In this document: positions 53,096-64,000 of the stretch, one piece after another
Position numbering within the stretch: the stretch's first letter is position 1
How the letters are laid out: each line of letters opens with the position of its first letter
Source: Octopus bimaculoides
Taxonomy: Eukaryota
Direction of reading: 5' to 3'
Assembly (NCBI RefSeq): GCF_001194135.2
Contig: NC_068981.1
Location: forward strand, 13,748,414 to 13,812,413
Length of the DNA: 64,000 nucleotides
Translations under genes and position numbers: made by a program
The notes under the pieces: generated by a model
Database searches by the model: none
What the model saw: only the letters and a program-made list of their open reading frames with translations
Told to the model about the DNA's origin: nothing

Positions 53096-54562
53096 GTATA
53101 TGCTTAGGTGTATATTGCATACGTTATGTATACACACATACACAGAGCGTGTGTGTATTGTATATAGCTCAATGGAACCAATATACATCCACTATCGACT
53201 CTTTCATCAACTTCAATATTGCCTTACATATTAATACAACCTGACACAGTAAAATGCTATCAGTTTATCAGATAACATATAATATCAACAAAGACCGCGC
53301 ATAACGGTTTATCAGCTTTTGTATCCATCTTGGAAATTCCCTTTTATTTTAAGATAATTCAACCAGCGTCGAATGAGACGTAACCATGAGTTGCTATGAC
53401 TATACATTTACAGCTTGATGCAGAATATTATAAATGTAAAACATAAACTGAACAATAAAACATGGTCGTCTCTTATAGAAATAGTTTTAAGGTAAAAACC
53501 ACACCTCTATATATTCTAAGGACACCTTTTCTTAAGTTTAATTGTTATATTTATTTTCACTTGAAATAACTACCGAACTATAATAATTGTTAGTCTCTTG
53601 CAGAATAAAATTTACTGGCTCATTATCGAAAAGTGCCATAAAAATTCACTTCCCTCTTATGATGGCCGTAACGATGTAAACTTTTTTTTTTAATTATCAG
53701 TTGATGATGACCGTTGTTTTCTGATTAAAAATCAAGGAATGATGTCTAATGTTTAAGGGTTAATAGAAATAAATACTTTCATGTTGAAAAATCTCAGAAT
53801 AGATTTATTTTAAAATTATCCGATAAGTTATGCAAGCATATTAAATATTCTCTGACGAAAGCTTTTGGGAAATAGCAGAGTAGACCCAACGATAGAGGAA
53901 AGAAAATAATTCGTATCGTGAGAAAAACAATCTAGTGAAATTAAATATTACAACGTGTGTTCAGTGTGTCTAATTTTAGATTGAAATTGTTATGTGTACT
54001 TATTCATAACCCACATACACGCATGTACACATGCACTCATATACATGTGTAAGCAAAATAGGTATAGAGTTTCTTAATATGAGTGGCTCAAGGATTTACT
54101 CAAAGTAACCAGAAATATAAAAAAGAGGGTTTCCAATGAACTATGCATCTCCTGCAAATTCCTTCGTAGGCCTATGAATCGTTTAGACTAAAAGAGAAAT
54201 AGGGAAATATGTCAATGTTTGAGAGCATGTAATTACGTATGGTTATCCGTATGTATATAACCATCCATCCATCCACCATTCCTGGAAAGTCGAAGGATAA
54301 GAAAATAGGGGTCTTGTCAGAATTAGTCATCATCATCATCATCATCATCATCATCCCGTTCTTGGTTTACTTCTTGCAGTTTGGCTCGGCTTGAAGAGTG
54401 CGCCTTGGAATTTTTCTATCAACATATCTAATTCGATTTTGATAAATGTACACGTAAAATATTTATTCACACAAAGTACGAAGCATATAAATTATGTTCA
54501 TTTATAATGAATAAACCATTTGTTTATGCATAGAATGAAAATTAAAAATAAACAAAACTTAC

Positions 54563-54694
54563 TTTATTTCCGTGGCATTTTAATTTACAGACAAACTCCA
54601 GAATTCCAAGGGCTATAGCCAGTGCTAGTCCACATATTAAAATATAGAACACACCAGCTACGTTGCTTAGTGACAACTCGCGTTTCTTCGAGTC
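54563..54694 (-). CDS. GRIA: AMPA-type glutamate receptor exon, pre-M4 linker and M4 helix
   Basis: Acceptor ttatctttcatacag|GAC, donor AAA|gtaagt, 132 nt, phase 0/0. Translates DSKKRELSLSNVAGVFYILICGLALAIALGILEFVCKLKCHGNK. LSLSNVAGVFYIL is the AMPA-type M4 signature (kainate-type has NIGGIFIVL). Confidence 0.97.
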
Positions 54695-55184
54695 CTGTAT
54701 GAAAGATAATTTATAAAGTATTCATCGGAATTGGAAAAAGAATTGAATTTAGATATAAGAGATCTTAGATTAGTGTATTCAAATCTTATGAATTGAGTGT
54801 GCTGTTTTATCGCTTCAAGTTAATGACTGATCTTATCTAATACAAAGCATATATCGCATACAATAATCTTGGTTCTCATATAAATGAAATGGTAAAACTA
54901 TATTTACATATACCACCATAATAATGTTTTCATTTTATAATACCATTAACGGGTTTGTCGTTTTAGCGAATATTTTCATCTCACAGCTCTCTGCCAAACT
55001 AATCACATTTGGCATTATTTAAGTATTATTTTGCATATGTAAACAATAAAACCCTTTATTGATCTTGTGTTTTTTTTTATATTGAATAATATTACTAACA
55101 GTAACCCCTTTTCTTTCTCTTCCTTCAAATATTGTCCGAAGTACGGAAGTTTAAAACTCAGAATTAGGAAACTTGAATTTCATA

Positions 55185-55546
55185 TATTCTTGTACTTGTT
55201 TCAGTCCTTAGACTGCAGTCATGCTGGAGCATCGTCTTTATGGATTTTAACTGAACGGATCGATCCTAGCACTTATGCTTGTTTAAGCCTGGTTCTTATT
55301 CTATCGGGATCTTTGCCGAACTGCTAAGTTACAGGGATGTAAACACACCAACACCGATTGTCGAGTGATGGTAATACACACACACACACACAGACGATGG
55401 GTTTCTTTCAGTTTCTGACAACCGAATCCATTCGCAAGGCTTTGGTCGGCCCGAGCTATTGCAGAAGACGTCCAAAGTTCCGCGCAGTGGGACTGAACCT
55501 GGAGCCATGCTTTTGGGAAGCAAATTTCTTACCACACTGCAACGCC
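55185..55546 (-). mobile_element. tRNA-derived SINE family C, near full length, intronic
   Basis: Minus head ggcgttgcagtgtggtaag...ccaggttcagtcccactgcgcgg, internal (TG)n, tail ccagcatgactgcagtc..actgaaacaagtac. Confidence 0.9.
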
Positions 55547-55919
55547 CATATATATATATATAATGATAGTGAAGTCTTTTTTTTTTTTTTTTTTTTTGAA
55601 TTCGACCCCATTATTGCTGCAGTGCTCGACAGCAGGATTTACCTTCTGATATAAAATTCATGTATTATAAATTTCTTTCCATCTATGATAAATTTCTGTT
55701 CAAACCAGATCATTGTTTTGAAGATTGACTGACATTGTTAACCTTATTGCGGCAGATATACGGTCTCATTGATCATTCCTCGCTATACAAATCTACGCAA
55801 GCGTGAAATAATCTTTTAACGGTCGCATGCCTTTGAACCTTACGCAGCATCAATACAAATACTAATATTTTATGCAAACAGTGGCATTATTAGTGCTATT
55901 AATAATGATGAAGAAAATA

Positions 55920-55928
55920 ATAATAATG

Positions 55929-55972
<44 letters not shown>
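55920..55972. repeat. (AAT)n microsatellite
   Basis: Direct reading. Confidence 0.95.
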
Positions 55973-57588
55973 TTCATTGTAGGAGCCACAAAAATAATAA
56001 CGATAATATTAAAATGTTTCTTCTATATCAAACGCAGTTTGTGTTCTTCTGTCAGTCTGTGTTCTCATTTGATTAATCTTCACACATTTCTATATATTTC
56101 AGTGATCACAACTTTTATATTATTTTTACGCTGCATATTGAGCCTATACAGTGAACTTTTCATAAAGAAGTATCGTATGTGAACTTTTCATGTGTTACGA
56201 TACGAGAAACAATAGTTACAAAGATTGGAGTAGCGATTCAGTTATTCATCCAGCCTCATTCATCATTCCGTCACAAATGCGTCCAACATACATATTTCAT
56301 TTGTGTCATGCATGTATTAGCAAATTTGTGTCTTTTTTCCTCCTTTCTCCTCTGAATTTCCATTGTGACTCTATCTATAATCTGATTTAACAAAATGTTA
56401 TATATTTATTTCACTATATGTAGCCAGCAATATATCAGTTAGACGATCCCCAAGTCTTTTGACTATATTTTGACTAGATTACTCAGAACTAGATTTTGTG
56501 ATGTTTGTATAATTTATATGATTATCGGTCTTTCGGTTAATCTGCTTGTTTCTATAATACTAAAAACACCTCAGCCTTTTATACAAATATTTCTCTAACA
56601 TTTAGCTACTTTTTCTTCTCTAGTCATTCACAGAAACTGACAATGAAGATCATTACACTTTACCTAGTTATTGCTGGGACTGTTGATTCCAAAGTATGAT
56701 ATACAGTCTAGGTTTCACATTGGGATGTATAATTAGTTTACTGTAACAACGATTTTGTAGCCTTGTAAATATAACTGATAACCTACTTCTCTTGATAGCT
56801 CCATCGTAAAAATTTTCTTCCAAGCTTTCACACTCCCAAACTCAGTTAGAACAGCAAATCAAGTTGCAAACAAAGATTATTTTCTTTCGTTAAATTCTGG
56901 ATACGACTGTTTTTATTTTTTTTATTTGATAATGAATAAAATTATTTTGTAACCGCTGTAGTTGTCTTCCTACCAAGCGCTAACATTGTTATGATACCTA
57001 TAGTAAGGATTCAGTGCTGTTCGTATTGGCTTGATGAATGATATTTATGTTAAATTATATTGTCCATCTTATTTATTCGACCATTATTTGAGAGAGACTC
57101 GTGAGAGGAGAGTCCGCAGGCAACTCTTAAATAAGGAGTGCCTACTTCGTTGATGGCTTTCTTCAGTTGTCTGGTTTCTAGTCCTATTTTATACTCAATG
57201 ACTTTTGATAGAGTTTTCAATAAACACACCAGCAGAAAGAATAATGGCCATTTGTCATATTTTCATATCAAAATCAAGACGTAAAATTATTTTTAAGCAA
57301 TGTTACGTCAGGTTGCACGCAAAATTAGAAAGGAAAGTTGTTATGTATATTACTTGCACAAAATTCCAAATGGACGACGCCTAGAGCGGTGATTTATTTC
57401 TCTTAGAATCATAATATTTTAGACAATTGGAAATAATATTTGATTGAAAATTAACGCTGACAATTTAATAAATATAAATGTACCGCTGGATACGTCTGCT
57501 AAATTGTGGAATTACCCGATGTATTAACGAAAACATTAAATGAATTTCCTCTACACATCACCAGCTCATTTATATATATATATATATT

Positions 57589-57652
<64 letters not shown>

Positions 57653-58202
57653 AGTGTGTGTATACGCGTATATTTGAATACAAAAATATGCAATATATAC
57701 ATGTATAGTTATGATAAAACAAGATACGAGGACACTGGTATTATTCTGCACTGGTAAGACAAGTATTATTTGGTAGAGATAATAGAAAGAATGGCTGAAA
57801 CTGATGGGAAACGCAAAACAACAGCCTTCATACATAGATAGAGAAAAGAGGAAGAGAGAAACTGAATGCTAGATGGAAAATGAAAGACAAATGAAAAGAA
57901 AATAAGCTGCCGGACAGATGTGGTGGGATGAAATTAAGGTGACAATGTAGCTGAAAGATAAAATGGGTTAACTGAAGTAAGAAGAAATATAGGGGTAGAA
58001 GGGTGAACGTTCATTTAAACACGCCATGAACACTATTCTGAACTTTGGATAAGAACCGTTGTTCCCTCTGTTTCAATTTGTGTCTACGTATATTCTCTGA
58101 TCCCATAGATATGCTTAATGTTTTAATTTGCACAAAACGAGAAAAAGGAACTAATAATGAGAATTGTTCATTTGTTTTATGAGTAAATAATTTAATACTT
58201 AC

Positions 58203-58311
58203 GCCTCCTGAATCGAAACCGCATTGGCCTTTCTCATACCACCATTTCTGATACAGTTTATGCAAAGAACCTTCTTCTTTAAGTTCAAGAACTGCTAATG
58301 TCACTGAATCT
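58203..58311 (-). CDS. GRIA: AMPA-type glutamate receptor exon, end of S2 lobe (flip/flop-equivalent exon)
   Basis: Acceptor ttttgtatttag|A, then GAT TCA GTG... = [36 protein letters not shown], donor GGC|gtaagt. 109 nt, phase 2 in and phase 0 out. Matches AMPA receptor xPVNLAVLKLSEQGxLDKLKNKWWYDKGECG. The symbol is family-level; the paralog cannot be assigned. Confidence 0.96.
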
Positions 58312-59548
58312 CTAAATACAAAAATAAACAGAAATTGTTAGGTGTTTCAGCATTTACAATATGAAATGTATTTACCCGACGTAAATACTTACTTTAAAAT
58401 TACATTTATCACTTATACCACGGTCATATTCACAAGGTAAAACAAATGTATAGTACCGAAAATGTTTAATTTCACCATAAGGAATTTCTTAGAGACATCA
58501 CATGTGTGTGATGACGTCCCTATCATCGTTTGGATAGGTCTTTCGCTTTGTTTTTTTTCTTCTTTTTTTTAGTTCTAAATAAGGAATTAAGTAAACTGGT
58601 TTTGTTCGTATGTTTTAGTCTATGAATTTGTTGTAAATTTAGGGAAAGTGTTTTTAAAAAGATTCTAAGTCTGTTTGTTCATCTTTGTCTGCCTTCTAAA
58701 AATTCTGACATATTAGAGGATTTTATTTTATTGCGTGTATGCACCTCGCTTAATATTATGTTTATGATATTCATTTGAGAAACGTTGATAAAGAGACTAT
58801 CCATGTCTGTTGCAAACATTTTGTAGACTTTATCACTTTCCTGTGGAACTTCTAAGACTTCCTTTGATGAATCAATACTAGGCTCCATTTTTTGTGTATT
58901 CAGAATAATGGCCGGGTATTTAAATAATCTGTAGGTCGGTGTAGGACTTTGAAAGATGTGAAACTGTGGGTCGGAGGGCGTTATTTTGTCTGAATAATTC
59001 AACGATGCCATAAATATATATCTGATTAAATACTCATATCTGTCATAAAAAATGTATCCTAATCATACTTTAGTTGCAGTAATTTTTAATTGTATTCGCG
59101 TTATCTTATTTTGAAGAATTTGTTATACACTATATTACGGATTCTTGTAAACGTTTTAATCTTTTTAATAAGTTGTTTTTACTGTTTTTAATTTATAATT
59201 ATATATATTTTTTTCATTTTTTTTCAAATCATGTTGGATTAGTTTTAAAAAAACATATTAGGATATTTTTGCATTTGTCGTTTTCTTCGAAATTTTATGC
59301 GTCGCCTTTCGTATCACTTAACTTGATATATAAAGGGCCAGTCGAGTGCTGAATTCGATTCTACTTTCTTCCTCAGTTCGTGTCTGACTCTCTCTGAATG
59401 CATTACGTTAAGCAATCTAAATGATTACATGATACCACTCACATCACCACATTCTTGACTAGTAGAAAAGCCTGTGAATTTTCCTACAAGTAACAAAATT
59501 AAACCTGTAGCATTACTGAAATCATTCAATGAGGGCCAAATTGTTATA

Positions 59549-59675
59549 CAGGGTGTCCACAAAGTCTGGACATATGGAGTAAATAAAATCATAACATAAA
59601 CAATTAAATATAAGAAATAATAGTTTCTTAAAATGTGTGTTAATCCCCGTGTACCCAAACTTTGTGGACAACCTG
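59549..59675. mobile_element. Tc1/mariner MITE, 127 bp
   Basis: TA|CAGGGTGTCCACAAAGTCTGG ... CCAAACTTTGTGGACAACCTG|TA: about 21-bp TIRs with 2 mismatches and a TA TSD. Confidence 0.92.
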
Positions 59676-60373
59676 TATATCAAGAGAGGTGATAAACACG
59701 AATACAACGCACACACACACATATACATTCACATATGCTTGTTTTTTTCCGTTTATGTGTGTATGTATGTTATGCATTATGAATTATGCATGCATCTATT
59801 CAATGCTCTTCGGTACTGGAGTTAGATAAAAATTTATATGATAAATCGATGATGTACATGTTGCTTATGATACTTCACTGATATCTCTTTAATTCACCTT
59901 AAATTGTTTTATTTATTCACATATATATTTGATATGACTAGACTTATAATTTCCGTTTATGTGTTATCACTTGCGGAACATCTGAACGAGAGCAAACACC
60001 ACATAAACAATAAATTGGAAAACAACAAAAGCATTAAATACAAAAACCGAAACATCAACAATAATAGCTACACTGTTAATGATAAAACTACAATGTGTTC
60101 TTCTTCACATGTCAATCTCCGAAATTGATCGATTTATGTAGTATAATCAGACATTTCCCCCCTCATAGCTTCTGGTTTGTGTGGATAAGCGAGCAAAATT
60201 ATATAAACAAAAGTTGAAAAACATATATGCTTAATTAAAAAGACTACTTCATATTAAGAACGATGTATATAGCAACAATGGCACGCGCGCGCGAACATAC
60301 GCACAAACACACAGACACACACACGCATGGGTGTCATTCAGGTGTCCTATTGTAGTTTATTTTGTAAAAAAGT

Positions 60374-61400
60374 TTGAGGTTCACATCCGAGGCGTATTCA
60401 CCATTGTATTCTCTGGAAGGCTCGGGTTTAAAATTACAACATCTGAGGAATATTCCAACGGAAGCTATTCGGAAAACCATTATATTTATGCGGTTTGCAA
60501 GAACGATACTTTCCACACAGCCATACCTGCATCTCTATATATATATATATTTACTGTCATACTCAAATTCAGTATGTGACACTCTAACTGTATACATAAG
60601 ACAACACAATATAGTTATATGCAACACATATTGCCCACCGTTTGCTACAAACCACATAGGCAAGTTTGAAGTTTGCATCACAAGAATTAAAGATATCCTC
60701 ATGCAACTGAAACACCACGTGACCATATTTCATTTGGCTGATTTTAACTTCCCCAATTTCAAATGGGCCGAATGTCTCATGTTCTCAGGTATAACTCAGT
60801 GCAAGCAAGCACAGGTGGGACCACTGTTTTGATAGTGGTCCTATCAGATATGCTCCCAACTACCCGGATAGCCACCCTTGCCAGCTGCGCCGACGATACG
60901 GGTGTCTCGCAGAAAATACAGGACCCCTGTTTTGCTGCACATCCGCAGCAGGAGTTGGAATCAATTTACAGATGGGCTAAGTTTAAGAATATGCAGTTTA
61001 ACGCTGTAAACGGTCAAGCCCTGCGCTGCAGTTACACTGATCCACAGGGAATTACAATCCCAGAGCCTAAATCTCAGAGGGACTGGGTATCCACGTGAGT
61101 GATGATAACTTTTCCCAGGATGGCGACAAATTTCAGGCGACTGGCTGGCTCGATCCTGAGATCATTCAGAACTAGTGATAAGGAAACCATGATGGTGCTC
61201 TGGAGGACATTCGTCCTCAGCCACCTGGATTACTGCTCCCAGCTATGCAGTAATATGTCTCTAGAAGATATTCAAAGGAATTTTATGTGTTGATATTGAA
61301 AGCTACAACATTGCTATAACGGTTCGACAGTGCGAAATATCCCAGCAATGCCATTTCACTTCAGCACCAGTTACTGCAACAGCCTGGGTTTCAGGGACCC
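60374..61400 (+). mobile_element. CR1-type LINE remnant, internally deleted
   Basis: EN motifs ICNTYCPP (YRPP) and LADFNFPNFKW (GDFN.P.I.W) are joined at about 60780 to the RT end LSDM..SCADDT..LESIYRWA..NMQFN, then GSILRSFRT..LVLSHLDYCSQL. Confidence 0.85.
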
Positions 61401-61431
61401 TCAACTTCAATATATATTCTCCCAAAGAGCA

Positions 61432-61465
<34 letters not shown>

Positions 61466-64000
61466 TTCGTATATGTGTGTATATATATCTCTTTATACCC
61501 ATAGATGTGCATAAGCACCCCTATATATCCTAATATGTACACATAACTATGTATGTACATATAAACTAATATATTCACACTCTCACGCACGTCCGCTTAC
61601 AAACAGACGTCAACACTGCTTGTGTCTACCGATTTTGCTACGCAGAATAGTTTTGACTTTCTTACCTGTAGGATTATATTCATTTTATTGAAATATTTAC
61701 TATATGTTTACAGCTCCAGTAATTACTATTTATTTAATTAAGAAATATTGAATTCATTAATGAGAGGAAAATTATTCTGTTGATGTCTGAGCTTATATTT
61801 GACGTGACAATCTGAAATATTTTATGCCGCAATATTTTAACGTTTCAGCTTATTTCTACAACGTTTCATCCATCGTGAATAGCTTTATTTCCACCTAACA
61901 ATATTGTCGTTTTGTCGACAAACTGCTAACTTAAGAGTTGTAGATGGTTTAATATTATGCCATCTTCTTTGTTATGAGAATCTTAAAAGATGATCGTGCT
62001 GCTTCTCGGCAATATTTTTTGTGTTTTAGCAAACAATTGAATCAATGATTAAATCATCATTTCATGCTGATTTTATATTTTCTATTCAGTTTTATTTCTT
62101 ATTCATAGATAATAAAATATTATATACGAGTGCCGTGTATTACAAATAAAAAAAAAATGCATGTATATTCTGAGATTTTTTTCTAAAGGCATTCGAGATT
62201 CCGTCACAAGATATGGACAATAATGTCACCGCTAAGTGCTTTTACAGCACACAAAGAATTTTATCTAACTAATTTTACTGAGTTTACGTTTCGTTCTTTG
62301 ATGTACGTAAAATAGATTCATGCTGCAAGCTACTTAGTATTCTCCAAATATATTACATCATATATACAACCTTTAATATATATAACCGAAATTAGTTTCT
62401 GAAATAATTTAATAAAACAAACTAAATATTCAACAGATGCCACCTTTACAAATTCAACCCTTTGAAATATTCGATTACAGTTTGAACAAACACTGCCCTG
62501 AATAACAAATAACATTTGCTTTTGCAATAAATATAATTACTATTATACATTCCCTCTTCAATAATATGTATGATGCTTCAATACTGCGAAATATATTTTC
62601 TTACAGCTTTCCAATATAAAATTCATCTGTTCTGCGATATTTTAATGTTTTCTGTTTTACATATGAAGACAGTATTTTCTTTTATATGTAAATGATCAAA
62701 AATAGTATTTATAAGTTTTATGGCAAAAAGTTCTTTGGTGAATTCAGAGCCTTTCTTCCATAAACTTAATACTAAAGTAAAAAAAAAAAAAAGTAATGTT
62801 AAATAATTTGTAGTACGTTAAAAAAAATATGACACATGAATATTTGTGTTTTGTGTGTAATGAAATCAATAATAAAACAAAATCAGAACAAATGGAAGAA
62901 AAGCAGCAAAGTTCTTAACATAAGAATAAAACAATGCTAAAAGAATGCTAGCAATTCAGAAGGATGTTTTATTTCTCAACACCTACAAACAATCACACCT
63001 ACCCACATACGTATGTATATGCAATTTGAAAGAGAGTGAAGCATCTAATACAGATGTGTAGGTATTGTGTGTAACAGGTTATTTGTAATATCACTGTAGC
63101 AATGTTTCAGTAAGATTTCCTGATCACATTGTCAAACTTTTATTTCCCTTATGTTACTATAATTGACTACAGAAAAAGAAATGTTTTACTCGTTTCCTAC
63201 ATGTATTTGAAATATTTTAGTTTGTATTTTCTATATTTCGTCTTCGTAAAAACGTAATATACAATAAATGTGAACACCATTTGCATAGTCTAACTTAGAA
63301 ATAAACAACAAAATATGAATACATAAGAAGCAAAATTTCTTACAAAAATATGTTTACAGCTCTTCGTAGATAATTGTCTGCTCAAAGTGCAAAAATACTA
63401 AATGACATTTGCACATACAAATACTATAGGCATGTAATCTGTATATCTCTTTCTCGATCACACACACACACACAGATATATATATATATATAAATGTATG
63501 TGTGTGTGTGTGTACGCGTGTATGTATGTGTGGTTAGGAAAAGAGATAGATTACAAGTCTATACTATTTTGTGCAAATGTCATCTATTATAAACACACAC
63601 ACACACATCGTGTTTGTTAGCTTTCTGTAGATTTTCACAAATATCTGGCAATTAAATTCTGTAATACTGATATTTGTACTTTCATTCAGTTAGCTTTCGA
63701 AGTATTTAATATCCTGAGTGAATAATATGTTTGCAGACGGTGTGTGACAATCACAATTTTATCACTATATTACGAAAAAGAACAAACATATTTGAGTCAA
63801 TAAAATGTATTTTAGTGGAGAAATAAAACAAAAAAATATCGAACTGAAAATCTGCTATACACCTTCATACAACTGAACGCATATTCTTGTTTTTATTTTA
63901 TTTTTTGGCGATCCTGGAGACAATCTTTGACACCAAAGTAACAATTTTATTTCAAAAACAGTTACCGCATTCGCTAGTGTATTATAAACGCTATTTTGTT

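Noticed and set aside
57110-57185. Minus-strand ctgaagaaagcc segment considered as a hammerhead or LINE end
   Set aside because: No GAAA after a paired stem II; family not identifiable.
59425-59658. ORF containing QECGD, considered as a duplicated flip/flop exon
   Set aside because: No LAVL, LxKL or KWW similarity and the wrong length and phase; the ORF runs through a MITE.

Overview
AT-rich, microsatellite- and retroelement-dense eukaryotic DNA with 13 N-gaps, most of them flanked by (TA)n. The repeat content points to a coleoid cephalopod, most likely Octopus (inference). One protein-coding gene can be supported: the 3' end of an AMPA-type ionotropic glutamate receptor subunit (GRIA-like) on the minus strand. 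Four in-frame exons with canonical AG/GT boundaries (58311-58203, 54694-54563, 52612-52508, 50185-50114) encode the end of the S2 ligand-binding lobe (the exon equivalent to vertebrate flip/flop), M4, and a C-tail ending in the PDZ ligand HTQV*. The upstream exons lie beyond 64000. The rest is non-coding or transposon-derived: at least three modular tRNA-derived SINE families; Tx1/L1, R4/Dong, CR1, RTE and Penelope-like remnants; two hAT MITEs and one Tc1/mariner MITE. The most notable observations are (i) an intact minimal type I hammerhead ribozyme motif at 8590-8635, (ii) an ORF1-only Tx1-like element inserted into a SINE at a defined site (26064-27760), and (iii) several in-phase candidate alternative terminal exons of the receptor, including a 119-aa one at the flip/flop position that would give an M4-less subunit. 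No rRNA, genuine tRNA gene or CRISPR array was seen. All family assignments come from motif recognition by eye, not database searches. Repeat boundaries are approximate unless TSDs or TIRs are quoted.
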